Source of the DNA: Alphaproteobacteria bacterium
Lineage (GTDB): Bacteria > Pseudomonadota > Alphaproteobacteria > UBA828
DNA: 64,000 nucleotides
Direction: 5' to 3'
Assembly (NCBI GenBank): GCA_963667785.2
Contig: CAXXMU010000006.1
Span: 320,001-384,000 of the forward strand
Each line of letters opens with the position of its first letter. Positions within the stretch are counted from its first letter, which is position 1. Both the position numbers and the translations under genes were made by a program. Below are positions 31,250 through 45,981 of this stretch, piece by piece. The notes under the pieces are model-generated. The model was not told the DNA's origin. It worked only from the letters and a program-made list of their open reading frames with translations, and did no database searches.

Positions 31250-31555
31250 CTAGAGCCCGGTCATCACGTCGATCGAATCGCCTTCGCCCAGCGAGACCGT
31301 CGCCTTCTTCCAATCCGAACGCCTGCCCAGCCGTCCGGCCCGGCCGCGCTTCACCTTGCCCTTGACCATGAGGGTGTTGACCTTCGTCACCTTCACCTCG
31401 AACAGACCCTCGACGGCCTCCTTGATCTCCGGCTTGCTGGCGTCGGTGCGCACCTTGAAGGTGACCTGGTTGTACTCGCTGCCCTGGGTCGACTTCTCGG
31501 TCACCACCGGACCGAGGATCACGTCGTACCAGCGCTCCTTCGGCTCGGCGCTCAT
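31250..31555 (-). CDS. rplW: 50S ribosomal protein L23
   Basis: [23 protein letters not shown]. Confidence 0.96.
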   Translation of the reverse strand: MSAEPKERWYDVILGPVVTEKSTQGSEYNQVTFKVRTDASKPEIKEAVEGLFEVKVTKVNTLMVKGKVKRGRAGRLGRRSDWKKATVSLGEGDSIDVMTGL

Positions 31556-32172
31556 GTCAGCCGCGCCTCCAGCGTCTCCACCGCCTTGCGGGTCAGCACC
31601 AGCCGATCCCGGCGGAGGATGTCGTAGACGTTGGCGCCCTGCTGCGGCAGCACCTGGACCTCGGTGAGGTTGCGCGCCGCAAGCGCGAAATCGGCGTCGA
31701 CCTCGTCGCCGTCGATCACCAGCGCCGACGACCAGCCGAGGCCCGCCAGCCGCTCGGCGAGCACCCGGGTCTTGGCCGAGCCGAGCGCGAGGGACTCCAC
31801 GACGGAGAGCTTGCCGTCCGCCTGCTTGGCCGACAGCGCGGACTTCAACGCGAGCCTGCGGACCTTCTTGGGCAGCTTGTGCGCGTGGTCGCGCAGCACG
31901 GGGCCGAAGATCGCCACGCCGCCCCGATGATGCGGCGCCCGCCGCGTGCCGGCCCGGGCGCGGCCCGTTCCCTTCTGCTTGAAGGGCTTGCGGGTCGAGC
32001 CGCGAAGCTCCGCCACCGACTTGGTCTTGTGCGTGCCGGCGCGCCGCTTGGCGAGCTGCCAGCGCACCGTGCGGTGCATCAGGTCGGGCCGCACGGGCGC
32101 GCCGAACACAGCCTCGGCGAGCTCGATCTCGCCGACCTGCTTGGCGTCGAGGTCGATGACGTCGACCTTCAC
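31552..32172 (-). CDS. rplD: 50S ribosomal protein L4
   Basis: [14 protein letters not shown]. Confidence 0.97.
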   Translation of the reverse strand: MKVDVIDLDAKQVGEIELAEAVFGAPVRPDLMHRTVRWQLAKRRAGTHKTKSVAELRGSTRKPFKQKGTGRARAGTRRAPHHRGGVAIFGPVLRDHAHKLPKKVRRLALKSALSAKQADGKLSVVESLALGSAKTRVLAERLAGLGWSSALVIDGDEVDADFALAARNLTEVQVLPQQGANVYDILRRDRLVLTRKAVETLEARLT

Positions 32173-32975
32173 GACGACTCCTCCCCTGCGCCGTCCGCAG
32201 CGCTCTCGGCGGACGTCTCGCCGACATCCTCCTCAGGCGTCTCGGCCTCCTCGGGCGCGCGCTCGTCTGCCTCCGGCGCCACCTCGATCCCCGCCGGGAA
32301 CGGCACGTCCTCCGGCAGGGGGCGCTTCTTGGCGTCGGAGAGCAGGATGACGCCGCCCTTCGGCCCCGGTACGCCGCCCTTGACCATGATCAGGCCGCGC
32401 GCCGTGTCCGTCGCCACCACCTCGAGGTTCTGCACGGTTGCGCGCGCGTGCCCCAGATGGCCCGCCATCTTCTTGCCCTTGAAGACCTTGCCCGGATCCT
32501 GGCACTGGCCGGTCGAGCCGTGGGAGCGATGCGAGACCGAGACCCCGTGACTCGCGCGCAGGCCCGAGAAGTTGTGCCGCTTCATCCCGCCGGCGAAGCC
32601 CTTGCCGATCGAGGTGCCGACCGCATCGACGAACTGGCCCGTGGCGAAGTGATCGACGCTGAGGGTGGCGCCCACGTCCACCAGCGCATCCTCGCTGACG
32701 CGGAATTCGGCCACGTGGCGCTTGGGCTCGATGCGCGCCTTGGCGAAGTGGCCGCGCAGCGCGCGGCTGGTGTTCTTGACCTTGACGCGGCCGGCGCCGA
32801 GCTGCAGCGCCACATAGCCGCCGCGCTCGCGGGTCCGCTGGGCGATGACCTGGCAACCGTCCACGCGCAGCACCGTGACCGGCACATGCTCGCCGTCGTC
32901 GTTGAAGACGCGGGACATGCCGAGCTTCTCGGCTATCACGCCCGTGCGCCTGCGCGCTGATACCTGGCCGGCCAT
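32169..32975 (-). CDS. rplC: 50S ribosomal protein L3
   Basis: [38 protein letters not shown]; acidic tail. Confidence 0.97.
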   Translation of the reverse strand: MAGQVSARRRTGVIAEKLGMSRVFNDDGEHVPVTVLRVDGCQVIAQRTRERGGYVALQLGAGRVKVKNTSRALRGHFAKARIEPKRHVAEFRVSEDALVDVGATLSVDHFATGQFVDAVGTSIGKGFAGGMKRHNFSGLRASHGVSVSHRSHGSTGQCQDPGKVFKGKKMAGHLGHARATVQNLEVVATDTARGLIMVKGGVPGPKGGVILLSDAKKRPLPEDVPFPAGIEVAPEADERAPEEAETPEEDVGETSAESAADGAGEESS

Positions 32976-32983
32976 GACGCCCT

Positions 32984-33298
<315 letters not shown>

Positions 33299-33334
33299 CG
33301 TGCCTGCCCGGTCCTTGTCCGTATCCGCCGCGCT

Positions 33335-34525
<1,191 letters not shown>

Positions 34526-34563
34526 CGGTGCTCTCTCTCAGGGGGTCTCTCTCGGCCACTCGA

Positions 34564-36639
<2,076 letters not shown>

Positions 36640-36665
36640 GACCGTCTATCCGCGAACGCCTGCGC

Positions 36666-37136
36666 CTACCAGCGGTAGTGCGAGAAGGCGCGGTTGGCCT
36701 CGGCCATGCGGTGGGTGTCTTCCCGCTTCTTGACGGCGACGCCGCGGCTGGCCGCGGCGTCGAGGAGCTCGTTGCTGAGGCGATCGACCATCGTGGTCTC
36801 GGAGCGATCGCGCGTCGCGCCGATGAGCCAGCGGATCGCCAGCGTCTGGCGCCGGTCCGGCCGGACCTCGGTCGGCACCTGGTAGGTGGCGCCGCCGACC
36901 CGGCGGGAGCGCACCTCGACCGCCGGCTTCACGTTGTCGAGCGCCTCGTGGAACACCCTGACCGGATCCTGCCCGGTCTTGTCCCTGATGCGGTCGAGCG
37001 CGCCATAGACGATACGCTCGGCCGTGGACTTCTTGCCGTCGAGCATCAGCGAGTTCATGAACTTCGCCAGCACCACGTCGCCGTGACGGGGATCGGGATT
37101 GACGGTTCTGCGCTCGGCAGCGCGGCGACGAGACAC
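36666..37136 (-). CDS. rpsG: 30S ribosomal protein S7
   Basis: [25 protein letters not shown]. Confidence 0.98.
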   Translation of the reverse strand: MSRRRAAERRTVNPDPRHGDVVLAKFMNSLMLDGKKSTAERIVYGALDRIRDKTGQDPVRVFHEALDNVKPAVEVRSRRVGGATYQVPTEVRPDRRQTLAIRWLIGATRDRSETTMVDRLSNELLDAAASRGVAVKKREDTHRMAEANRAFSHYRW

Positions 37137-37157
37137 CGGGAGGCTCCCTCTGCTTCG

Positions 37158-37529
37158 CTATTTCGGGCGCTTGGCGCCGTACTTGGAGCGCCGCTGACGG
37201 CGGTCCTGGATGCCCTGGGTGTCAAGCGAGCCGCGAATGATGTGATAGCGCACGCCCGGCAGATCCTTCACCCGGCCGCCGCGAATCATCACCACAGAAT
37301 GTTCCTGAAGATTGTGCCCCTCGCCGGGGATGTAGCTGGTTACCTCGAAACCGTTGGTGAGCCGGACGCGCGCGACCTTGCGCAGTGCCGAGTTGGGCTT
37401 CTTCGGCGTCGTCGTGTAGACGCGCGTACAGACGCCCCGCTTCTGCGGACACGACTGCAGCGCCGGCACCTTGTTGCGTGCGGCGGGCGCCGTGCGCGGC
37501 TTGCGGATCAGCTGGTTGATCGTCGGCAT
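37158..37529 (-). CDS. rpsL: 30S ribosomal protein S12
   Basis: [27 protein letters not shown]. Confidence 0.99.
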   Translation of the reverse strand: MPTINQLIRKPRTAPAARNKVPALQSCPQKRGVCTRVYTTTPKKPNSALRKVARVRLTNGFEVTSYIPGEGHNLQEHSVVMIRGGRVKDLPGVRYHIIRGSLDTQGIQDRRQRRSKYGAKRPK

Positions 37530-37707
37530 CGCGGCGGTTCCAGGTTCGACAAACAGCGCGGCGCGTGCAGGTGGATGGAGGCTAGCGGCGACGCCCCGCT
37601 TCCCCACCGCCGGCCCGCGCCGACCCATCGGAATCTCTCTCGAACACAAAGCATGGCAACAGGCGCCCGGAGGCGCGCCGACCAGCCTCGTCGGCAAGAG
37701 GAGGCGC

Positions 37708-37736
37708 ATCCTAGTGTCGAGCCCAGCCATCGTCAA
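37708..37736 (-). promoter_or_regulatory. Sigma70 promoter of the str/S10/spc superoperon
   Basis: Minus strand TTGACG-N17-TAGGAT with an AT-rich tract upstream. Confidence 0.6.
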
Positions 37737-37843
37737 GCGGCAAGAATGCCCGATTAAACAATAAATTCCGCATGAGAACGCGGACCGGAAGCGGCCGTAG
37801 CGTGTATCGTAGCGCCGGGAGAATCCGGCGCGGAGAAGTGGGC

Positions 37844-39106
37844 ATGAACGTTCTGGTCGTGGGCTCGGGCGGACGCGAGCACGCGCTCTGCTGGCGCCTC
37901 GCGGCGTCGCCTCTGCTGGAGTCCCTCTGGTGCGCGCCGGGCAACGCCGGAATCGAGAACGAGGCCAGGTGCGTCGCGATCGATCCTATGGACTTCGACG
38001 GCCTGGTCGCCTTCTGCCGCGCCAACGCGATCGATTTCGTCGTGGTGGGGCCCGAGGCGCCGCTCGTCGCCGGCCTGGTCGACCGGCTCGAGGCGGACGG
38101 CATCGCCGCCTTCGGGCCGCGTGCGGCCGCGGCGCGGATCGAGGGATCGAAGGGCTTCATGAAGGATCTCTGCGTGCGCTGCGGGGTGCCGACCGCCGCC
38201 TACCGGCACGTCGCCTCGCTGGCGGACGCCGAGGCCTTCATCGCAGCCCAGGGAGCGCCGCTTGCGGTCAAGGTGGACGGGCTCGCCGCAGGCAAGGGCG
38301 TCGTGCTGGCGGAGACCGAGGACGAGGCGCTCGAGGCGGCGCGCGCGGCCCTCGGCGGCGCCTTCGGCGAGGCCGGCGCCACGCTGGTGATCGAGGAAAT
38401 GCTGGAGGGCGAGGAAGCCAGCTATTTCGCCCTGGTCGACGGCGAGACGGTGCTGCCGCTGGAGACCGCGCAGGATCACAAGGCGGTCGGCGACGGCGAT
38501 ACCGGGCCCAACACCGGCGGCATGGGGGCCTATTCGCCGGCGCCGGCGATGACCCCGGCGCTCTGTGAGGAAGCGCGGGAGCGGATCGTGGCGCCGCTCG
38601 TGCGCGGCCTCGCGGCTGCCGGCACGCCCTATGCGGGCGTCTTCTACGCCGGCCTGATGCTCACCGCGGAGGGACCGAAGCTGCTGGAGGTCAACGCCCG
38701 CTTCGGCGACCCCGAGTGCCAGGTGCTGATGCCGCGCCTCCGCTCGGACCTGCTGGCGGCGCTGCTGGCCGCCCGCGACGGCGAGCTCGGGGATTTCGAC
38801 CTGCGCTGGCATGACGATGCCGCGCTCTGCGTCGTGCTGGCTGCGGCCGGCTATCCGGGCTCTTATGAGAAGGGCAGCACGATCCGGGGCATCGACGCGG
38901 CCGAAGCGCTGGACGGCGTCACCCTGTTCCATGCCGGGACGGCGCGCGCGGGCGCGGACATCGCCGCCGCAGGCGGCCGTGTGCTCGGCGTGACGGCGCT
39001 GGGCGAGACCGTCGCGGCCGCTCAGGCCCGCGCCTACGAGGCGGTCGGGCGCATCGACTGGCCCGAGGGATTCTGCCGCAGGGACATCGGCTGGCGCGCG
39101 GTCTGA
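37844..39106 (+). CDS. purD: Phosphoribosylamine-glycine ligase
   Basis: [33 protein letters not shown]. Confidence 0.97.
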   Translation: MNVLVVGSGGREHALCWRLAASPLLESLWCAPGNAGIENEARCVAIDPMDFDGLVAFCRANAIDFVVVGPEAPLVAGLVDRLEADGIAAFGPRAAAARIEGSKGFMKDLCVRCGVPTAAYRHVASLADAEAFIAAQGAPLAVKVDGLAAGKGVVLAETEDEALEAARAALGGAFGEAGATLVIEEMLEGEEASYFALVDGETVLPLETAQDHKAVGDGDTGPNTGGMGAYSPAPAMTPALCEEARERIVAPLVRGLAAAGTPYAGVFYAGLMLTAEGPKLLEVNARFGDPECQVLMPRLRSDLLAALLAARDGELGDFDLRWHDDAALCVVLAAAGYPGSYEKGSTIRGIDAAEALDGVTLFHAGTARAGADIAAAGGRVLGVTALGETVAAAQARAYEAVGRIDWPEGFCRRDIGWRAV

Positions 39107-39120
39107 AAGCACGCGCCTCC

Positions 39121-39148
39121 TTGGCGAAGCGCGGCGCGGGTCTATAAT
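39121..39148 (+). promoter_or_regulatory. Candidate promoter, probably giving a leaderless mRNA
   Basis: TTGGCG-N16-TATAAT ends 7 nt before the ATG at 39156; no SD. Confidence 0.45.
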
Positions 39149-39155
39149 CGGGCCG

Positions 39156-39953
39156 ATGACCAGCGAGAATCGTCCGCTCGTGCGCGAACACCCGGTAACG
39201 CCGGCTGTGCCGCTCCGCGGCGGGCTGAGATTCCTCGGCGTCACCCCGCTCCGCCCCTGCCCCTACCTGCCGGGACGCCTCGAGCGCACCATCGTCACCC
39301 CGCTCGCCGGGCGGCGCGCCGGCGACGCCTACGACGAGATGCTGCGCGGCGGCTTCCGCCGCAGCCACCTCGCCGCCTACCGGCCCGCGTGCCCGGGCTG
39401 CCGGGCCTGCGTCTCCGTGCGGGTCTGCGTGAACGCCTTCTCCCCCAGCCGCTCGCTCCGCCGCGTCGGCGCGCGCAACGCGGGCGTGGCGCTGACCGTC
39501 ATGCCGGCGCTGGCACGGCCCGATCACTACGCGCTCTTCCGGCGCTATCTGGCGGCCCGCCACCCGGACGGCGCCATGGCGGGGATGGGGCGCGAGGGCT
39601 ACGGCGCGCTGATCGAGGAAAGCGCGCTGGACACGCGCCTCGCGGAGTTCCGCACGTCCGACGGGAGCCTCTACGGCGTCTGCGTGGTCGATGTCGTCGC
39701 CGACGGCCTCTCGGCGGTCTATTCCTTCTACGAGCCGGACCGGATCAAGGACAGTCCAGGCAGCTACATGATCCTCAGGCTGCTCAGCGAGGCCCGCGCC
39801 CGGGCCCTGCCCTACCTCTATCTCGGCTACTGGATCGACGGCTGCGACAAGATGGACTACAAGGCCCGCTTTCGCCCGCTCGAAGTGCTGGGCGCCAACG
39901 GCTGGACCGTGCTCGATGCGCGAGCGACGGGCCGCGGCGCCCCGGATCATTGA
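39156..39953 (+). CDS. Arginyl-tRNA-protein transferase family (Bpt/ATE-like aminoacyl transferase)
   Basis: PCPYLPGR, GFRRS, YRPAC..C.AC, GLSAVYSFY, YLYLGYWI, KMDYK. Confidence 0.92.
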   Translation: MTSENRPLVREHPVTPAVPLRGGLRFLGVTPLRPCPYLPGRLERTIVTPLAGRRAGDAYDEMLRGGFRRSHLAAYRPACPGCRACVSVRVCVNAFSPSRSLRRVGARNAGVALTVMPALARPDHYALFRRYLAARHPDGAMAGMGREGYGALIEESALDTRLAEFRTSDGSLYGVCVVDVVADGLSAVYSFYEPDRIKDSPGSYMILRLLSEARARALPYLYLGYWIDGCDKMDYKARFRPLEVLGANGWTVLDARATGRGAPDH

Positions 39954-39982
39954 CCGCAACCATCCAAGGGAGACCCCAGGAC

Positions 39983-41095
39983 ATGAGCACGAAGATAGGA
40001 CGACGCAGCCTCCTCAAGGGAACGGCCATCGCCGGCGCGGCCGCAGCCGTCGCCGCCGCATCGTCGAGCTTCCCCGCGCCCGCGATCGCGCAGGGCAAGA
40101 TGGAGCTCAAGCTGGCCACCTCGTGGCCGAAGCAGTTCCCGGGCCTCGGCACCGGCGCGCAGCGTCTCGCCGACCGCATCACCGACGCGACCGAAGGACG
40201 CATCGAGGTCAAGCACTACGGCGGGGGCGAGCTGGTACCGCCGCTCGGCTGCTTCGACGCCGTCTCGGAGGGTGCCGCGGACCTCTACCACTCCGCCGAG
40301 TACTACTGGCAGGGCAAGTCCAAGGCCTTCAACTTCTTCGCCACCGTCCCGTTCGGCCTGACGGCTGACGAGGTCAACGCCTGGGTCTACCACGCCGGCG
40401 GCCAAGAGCTCTGGGACGAGCTCGGCGCCGACTTCAACGTGAAGCCGCTGATGGCGGGCAACACGGGCGTCCAGTGGGGCGGCTGGTTCAACAAGGAGAT
40501 GAACTCGCTCGAGGACTACAAGGGCCTCAAGATGCGCATGCCGGGCCTCGGCGGCGAGGTGCTGCGCCGCGTCGGCGCCAACGCCCTGCTGCTGCCGGGC
40601 GGCGAGATCTATCCGGCGCTGGAGGCAGGCACCATCGACGCCACCGAGTGGGTGGGGCCGTGGAACGATCTCGCCTTCGGCTTCTACAAGGTGACCAAGT
40701 ACTACTACTGGCCCGGCTTCCACGAGCCCGGCACGGTGCTGAGCTGCGGCATCAACAGGGGCGTGTGGGAGAGCCTCAGCGATGCGGACCGGAGCCTGAT
40801 CGAGAGCTGCTGCGCCGCCGACAACGCGGTCATGCTGGCCGAGTTCAACGCGCGCAATGCCGGTGCGCTGGACACGCTCATCAACGAGCACGGCGTGCAG
40901 GTGCGGCGCGTTTCGGACGACATGCTGAAGGCACTCGGAGAGCAGTCGGCCCAGGTGGTCGCCGAGGTGGGCGCCGAGGGCGGCATCACCCAACGCGTCT
41001 ACGAGAGCTTCTCCGCCTTCCGCAAGACGGCGGTGCCGTACAACGAGCGCTCGGAGCTTGCCTACGGGAGCGCCCGGCTTCTGACCGCCCAGTAG
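39983..41095 (+). CDS. dctP: TRAP transporter substrate-binding protein (TakP-like), Tat signal
   Basis: RRSLLKG...FPAPAIAQ, GNTGVQWGGWF, GLKMRMPG, DATEWVGP. Confidence 0.92.
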   Translation: MSTKIGRRSLLKGTAIAGAAAAVAAASSSFPAPAIAQGKMELKLATSWPKQFPGLGTGAQRLADRITDATEGRIEVKHYGGGELVPPLGCFDAVSEGAADLYHSAEYYWQGKSKAFNFFATVPFGLTADEVNAWVYHAGGQELWDELGADFNVKPLMAGNTGVQWGGWFNKEMNSLEDYKGLKMRMPGLGGEVLRRVGANALLLPGGEIYPALEAGTIDATEWVGPWNDLAFGFYKVTKYYYWPGFHEPGTVLSCGINRGVWESLSDADRSLIESCCAADNAVMLAEFNARNAGALDTLINEHGVQVRRVSDDMLKALGEQSAQVVAEVGAEGGITQRVYESFSAFRKTAVPYNERSELAYGSARLLTAQ

Positions 41096-41113
41096 GCTCG
41101 CAAGTCGCGCGTT

Positions 41114-41140
41114 CGGGGCGGGCGGCAGAGGCCCGCCCCG
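41114..41140 (+). terminator. GC-rich stem-loop after dctP
   Basis: CGGGGCGGGC-N7-GCCCGCCCCG; no U-tract, so possibly an mRNA-stabilising hairpin. Confidence 0.5.
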
Positions 41141-41263
41141 CCTCGCGCCGGACGTCGCTGGATTGGCCCGGCGCCACTCGGGGGCGCCGGGACGGTGCGC
41201 ACGAGGGCCATTGCCGCGTCGGAGTGCCGGCGCCTGAAGGGAGCACCGGCCGCCTGAAATGAG

Positions 41264-41827
41264 ATGCAGGCGTCTCTCTCCGCATTAGCCGCGCTCACAC
41301 GCGTCATCGACGTGGCCAACGAGCACGTCGGCCGCGTCGCGTCGTGGCTCGCGCTGCTCATGGTGCTCCTCCAGTTCGTCGTCGTGGTGATGCGCTACAT
41401 CTTCGGGTGGGGCTTCATCGCGATGCAGGAAGGGGTGATCTACCTCCACGCCACCCTCTTCCTCGTGGGTGCGGGCTACACGCTGCTCCACGGCGGCCAC
41501 GTTCGCGTCGACATCTTCTACCGCGACGCGCGCCCGCGCCTGCGCGCGCTGATCGATCTCCTCGGCGTCATTCTCTTCCTGATGCCGGTCTGCGTGATCA
41601 TCGGCTGGGCGAGCTGGCCCTATGTGGAGCAGTCCTGGTCGGTGTTCGAAAGTTCGGCGGAAACCAGCGGCATTCCGGCGATCTACACGCTCAAGTCGAT
41701 GATCCTGGCCTTCGTGGTGCTCATCTCCTTGCAGGGCCTCTCGCTGGCTCTCAACGCGGTGCTGACGCTCGCCGGGCGAAGGGCGCGCCACGACGAGACC
41801 GCAGAAGCAGGCGGCGAGGCCGCCTGA
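41264..41827 (+). CDS. dctQ: TRAP transporter small permease
   Basis: 4 TM; HVRVDIFY. Confidence 0.92.
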   Translation: MQASLSALAALTRVIDVANEHVGRVASWLALLMVLLQFVVVVMRYIFGWGFIAMQEGVIYLHATLFLVGAGYTLLHGGHVRVDIFYRDARPRLRALIDLLGVILFLMPVCVIIGWASWPYVEQSWSVFESSAETSGIPAIYTLKSMILAFVVLISLQGLSLALNAVLTLAGRRARHDETAEAGGEAA

Positions 41828-41833
41828 CCCGCC

Positions 41834-43426
41834 ATGCCTGTCGGCGAAGTCCTCGTCATCGTCATGTTCGTGACGACCTTCGCCTGTCTGCTGGCGGGGT
41901 TCCCGGTGGCCTTCACGCTGTCGGGCGTGGCCGCGCTGTTCGGCCTCTTCTCCTACGCCTTCGGCGTCTTCGACATCAGCTTCATGCGCGCCATGCCCCA
42001 GCGCATCTTCGGCAACGCGATGTGGAACGAGGTGCTGATCGCCGTGCCGCTCTTCGTCTTCATGGGCGTGATGCTGGAACGCTCGAAGGTGGCGGAGGAG
42101 CTGCTGGAGGCCATGGGGCGGCTCTTCGGGGGCTTGCGCGGCGGAATCGGGCTCTCGGTGATTACCGTGGGCGCGCTGCTCGCCGCCTCCACGGGGATCG
42201 TCGGCGCCACCGTCGTGACCATGGGCCTGCTCTCGCTGCCGACGATGCTCAGGCGCGGCTACGACCCCAAGCTCGCGACCGGGGCGATCTGCGCCTCCGG
42301 CACCCTCGGCCAGATCATCCCGCCGTCGATCGTGCTGGTGATCCTCGGCGAGCAGATCTCGAATGCCTATGTCGACGCGCAGCGTGCCATCGGCAACTGG
42401 TCGCCGGAGCCGGTATCGGTGGGCGACCTCTTCGCCGGCGCCCTGCTGCCGGGGATGGTGCTCGTCGCGCTCTACATGCTCTACGTGATCGTCGTCGCCT
42501 GGCTGCGGCCGGCCGCGGCACCGGCCATTCCGCGCGGCGAGCTGGGCGGCGACTGGCGCGAGGTGTGGCGGCGCACCGGACGCGCGCTGGTGCCGCCGAT
42601 CGTGCTCATCATCGCCGTGCTCGGCTCGATTCTGGGCGGCATCGCGACCCCGACGGAGGCCGCGGCCGTGGGCGCCGTGGGCTCGCTGATCCTCGCCGGC
42701 GCCAGGCTCGCGCCGGGCGGCGGCACCAGGCTCGAGCGCGGTGCCGGCGGCCTCCCGCTCTACGCCGCGGGCGGCGGGCTGATCGTGATGATGGTCCTCG
42801 CCGGCCAGTTCGACCTCGTCGTGACGCGTAGCGGCATCGGCGGACCCGCTATCGCCGCCTTCGCCTGCAGCGCGCTCGTCGTCTACGGCGTGAGCGTCAG
42901 CCTGTGGCGGGTCTGGCGCTCCGGCGTCCTCGTGCCGGTCATGCGGTCGACCATGCAGATCAGCGCCATGGTGTTCGTCATCCTGATCGGCGCCGCTCTC
43001 TTCTCGCTGGTGTTCCGCGGCCTCGGCGGCGACGACATGGTGCACGAGGCGCTCTCCAACGTGCCGGGGGGCGTGATCGGCGCGATGCTCGTGGTCATGC
43101 TGATCATGTTCGCGCTCGGCTTCTTCCTCGACTTCATCGAGATCACCTTCGTGGTGGTGCCGATCATCGCGCCCGTGCTGCTGCAGATGGACATCAACCC
43201 GATCTGGCTCGGCATCATGATGGCGGTGAACCTGCAGACCTCGTTCCTCACGCCCCCCTTCGGCTTCTCCCTCTTCTACCTGCGCGGTGTGGCGCCGCGC
43301 TCGGTCCGCACCGGCGACATCTACAAGGGCGTCATTCCCTTCGTCCTGATCCAGCTCGTGGCGCTTGCCGTGCTCGGCATGTTTCCCGAGCTCACCACCT
43401 GGCTGCCGTCGATCGTCTTCGACTGA
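41834..43426 (+). CDS. dctM: TRAP transporter large permease
   Basis: GTLGQIIPPS, TPTEAA, LTPPFGF. Confidence 0.94.
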   Translation: MPVGEVLVIVMFVTTFACLLAGFPVAFTLSGVAALFGLFSYAFGVFDISFMRAMPQRIFGNAMWNEVLIAVPLFVFMGVMLERSKVAEELLEAMGRLFGGLRGGIGLSVITVGALLAASTGIVGATVVTMGLLSLPTMLRRGYDPKLATGAICASGTLGQIIPPSIVLVILGEQISNAYVDAQRAIGNWSPEPVSVGDLFAGALLPGMVLVALYMLYVIVVAWLRPAAAPAIPRGELGGDWREVWRRTGRALVPPIVLIIAVLGSILGGIATPTEAAAVGAVGSLILAGARLAPGGGTRLERGAGGLPLYAAGGGLIVMMVLAGQFDLVVTRSGIGGPAIAAFACSALVVYGVSVSLWRVWRSGVLVPVMRSTMQISAMVFVILIGAALFSLVFRGLGGDDMVHEALSNVPGGVIGAMLVVMLIMFALGFFLDFIEITFVVVPIIAPVLLQMDINPIWLGIMMAVNLQTSFLTPPFGFSLFYLRGVAPRSVRTGDIYKGVIPFVLIQLVALAVLGMFPELTTWLPSIVFD

Positions 43427-43440
43427 GGCGCAGGCGCCGG

Positions 43441-43669
43441 CTAGAGCATTATCCGACCATACGAGGTCGCCACGGCTTGACTCCCACCTCCCCCTGTCCC
43501 CCTCCCCCAAAGGCGGAGGGGGAACGCAAGCGGCGCCGCCTTCTCTCCCTCTCCGCCCCTGGGGGCGGAGAGGGCCGGGGTGAGGTGGGGGAAGCTCGGG
43601 CAACACCGCACGAAGATTGGGCACCCGCAGCAACGCGCTGCGATCGTGTCTGAACGAAAAGTGCTCTAG
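43441..43669. repeat. MITE/REP-like palindromic element
   Basis: Terminal inverted repeats CTAGAGCA...TGCTCTAG; internal hairpins CCCCCTCC..GGAGGGGG and CCCTCTCCGCCCC..GGGGCGGAGAGGG enclosed by CCCACCTC/GAGGTGGG. Confidence 0.7.
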
Positions 43670-44973
43670 CGCTCCCTCGACCAGGCGGTCACGACGTCGA
43701 TCAGCGCATCGGTGAGCCGGGCGAGGTCGGCCTCGTCGATGGTGAGCGCCGGCGTGACGTAGACGATGTCGGCGAAGGGGCGGACCCAGACTCCGGCATC
43801 GACGAAGCGCGCCTTGAGCCAGTCGATGCGGCTCATGTCGTCGAGCTGAATCACCCCGATCGCGCCGCGAGAGCGGACATCGACCACGCCGGGCAGCGCC
43901 CGCGCCGGCTCGAGCGCGGCCTCGAGGTGGCGTTCGATGGCGTGCGCCTGGGCGAGGCGCGGCTCGCGCTCGAAGAGGTCGAGCGAGGCATTGGCGGCGG
44001 CGCACGCGAGCGGGTTGGCCATGAATGTCGGCCCGTGCATGAGCGCATCGTCCGCCCGCTCCGAGAGGAAGGCCTCGAACACGCGATCGCTCGCCACGGT
44101 CGCGGCGAGCGCCATGGTGCCGCCGGTAAGCGCCTTTGAAAGCGTGACGATGTCGGGCACGACGCCCGCCTGCTCGCAGGCGAACAGCGTACCGGTGCGG
44201 CCGAAGCCGGTCATGATCTCGTCGGCGATGAGCAGCAGCCCGTGCCGGTCGCAGGCCGTGCGGACCGCCTGCAGCGTCTCCGGCTCGTGGAAGCGCATGC
44301 CGCCCGCGCCCTGGACCAGCGGCTCGATGATCACCGCCGCCGCGCTATCCCCCTCGGCATCGAGAAAGGCGTTGAAGGCGGCGATGCCGGCCTCGCCCCG
44401 TGGCAGCGGCACGACATGCTGCTCCGGCAGCGCGCCCGCGAAGAGGCTGTGCATGCCTTCCTCGGGATCGCACACCGACATGGCGGCGAAGGTGTCGCCA
44501 TGGTAGGCGCCCTGGAAGCTGACGAAGCGATGGCGCCCGCGCTCCCCCTGGTTGAAGCGGTATTGCAGCGCCATCTTGAGCGCGATCTCGACGGCGACCG
44601 AGCCGGACTCGGAGAAGAACACGCGGTTGAGCGGATCGGGGAGCAGACCGGCCAGGCGCCGCGCCAGCCGGAGCGCCGGCTCGTTCACCAGGCCACCGAA
44701 CATCACATGGGGCATGCGGGCGAGCTGGTCGGCGACGGCGGTGCGGATGTGGGGATGGTTGTAGCCGTGGCAGGCGGTCCACCAGGACGCGATGCCGTCG
44801 ACCAGCTCGCGGCCGTCCGCGAGGACGATGTGCGTGCCCTCGGTCGCGGCCACCGGCAGCGGCGGCGGCACCGTCGCCATCTGGGTATAGGGCAGCCAGA
44901 TGTGGCGCTCGCCCTCGGCGAACCAGTCGGGCGACGGAACCGCCGGCGCTCCTGCGGCTGAGCGGCACGCCAT
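43666..44973 (-). CDS. bioA: Adenosylmethionine-8-amino-7-oxononanoate aminotransferase
   Basis: WLPYTQM, SWW, SGSVAVE, YHGDT, DEIMTGFGRTG, HGPTFMANP. Confidence 0.95.
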   Translation of the reverse strand: MACRSAAGAPAVPSPDWFAEGERHIWLPYTQMATVPPPLPVAATEGTHIVLADGRELVDGIASWWTACHGYNHPHIRTAVADQLARMPHVMFGGLVNEPALRLARRLAGLLPDPLNRVFFSESGSVAVEIALKMALQYRFNQGERGRHRFVSFQGAYHGDTFAAMSVCDPEEGMHSLFAGALPEQHVVPLPRGEAGIAAFNAFLDAEGDSAAAVIIEPLVQGAGGMRFHEPETLQAVRTACDRHGLLLIADEIMTGFGRTGTLFACEQAGVVPDIVTLSKALTGGTMALAATVASDRVFEAFLSERADDALMHGPTFMANPLACAAANASLDLFEREPRLAQAHAIERHLEAALEPARALPGVVDVRSRGAIGVIQLDDMSRIDWLKARFVDAGVWVRPFADIVYVTPALTIDEADLARLTDALIDVVTAWSRER

Positions 44974-44985
44974 GGCGCGCGCCGC

Positions 44986-45981
44986 CTAGGACGGCATCGG
45001 CTCGATGCCGAGGCGGGCGAAGAGCGCGGCGTCGCGCTCGCGGGCGGGGTTGGGCGTCGTCAGCAGCTCGGACCCGACGAACACCGAGTTGGCACCGGCG
45101 AGAAAGGCCAGCGCCTGCATCTCGTCCGACATCTGCTCGCGCCCGGCGGAGAGCCGCACCACCGAGCGCGGCATGGCGATCCGCGCGGCTGCCACCGTGC
45201 GCACGAACTCGAAGGGATCGAGCGCGTCCCGGCCTGCGAGCGGCGTGCCCTCGACCTGCACCAGCATGTTGATCGGCACGCTCTCCGGATGGCTCGGCAG
45301 GCTCGCGAGCGTGGCGATCATGTCCGCGCGGTCGCGCCGCGCCTCGCCCATGCCGACGATGCCGCCGCAGCAGACGCTGATGCCCGCATCCCGGACGTTG
45401 GCCAGGGTGTCGAGCCGGTCCCGGTAGGTGCGGGTGGTGATGATCTCGCCGTAGAACGATTCGGAGGTGTCGAGATTGTGGTTGTAGTAGTCGAGGCCGG
45501 CGTCGGCGAGCCGGGCCGCCTGGGGCGCACTCAGCATGCCGAGGGTGACGCAGGTCTCCATGCCGAGCGCCTTGACGCCTGTGACCATCTCCGCCACCGC
45601 GTCGAGGTCGCGGTCCTTCGGGCTGCGCCAGGCGGCGCCCATGCAGTAGCGGGTGGCGCCGGCGGCCTGCGCGCGCCGGGCCTCGGCCAGCACCGCATCG
45701 ACCGATATCAGCTTCTCCGCCGCGAGCCCGGTCTCGTAGTGAGCGCTCTGCGGGCAGTAGGCGCAGTCCTCCGGGCAGCCGCCGGTCTTGATGCTGAGCA
45801 GGGTCGACATCTGCACCTGGTTGGCGTCGAAGTGCCGGCGGTGCACGCCCTGCGCCCGGTACATCAGCTCGGCGAAGGGCAGCGCGAGCAGCGCCTCCAC
45901 CTCGGCAGCGGTCCAGTCGTGCCTGAGAGCGGGCGCCGCCACGGGCGGCGGTGCCGCGTCGATCGCCTCGACAGTGTTCAT
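44986..45981 (-). CDS. bioB: Biotin synthase
   Basis: [28 protein letters not shown]. Confidence 0.97.
   Translation of the reverse strand: MNTVEAIDAAPPPVAAPALRHDWTAAEVEALLALPFAELMYRAQGVHRRHFDANQVQMSTLLSIKTGGCPEDCAYCPQSAHYETGLAAEKLISVDAVLAEARRAQAAGATRYCMGAAWRSPKDRDLDAVAEMVTGVKALGMETCVTLGMLSAPQAARLADAGLDYYNHNLDTSESFYGEIITTRTYRDRLDTLANVRDAGISVCCGGIVGMGEARRDRADMIATLASLPSHPESVPINMLVQVEGTPLAGRDALDPFEFVRTVAAARIAMPRSVVRLSAGREQMSDEMQALAFLAGANSVFVGSELLTTPNPARERDAALFARLGIEPMPS

Noticed and set aside
32169-32290. Acidic low-complexity C-terminal tail of L3
   Set aside because: Variable tails on L3 are common in Alphaproteobacteria.
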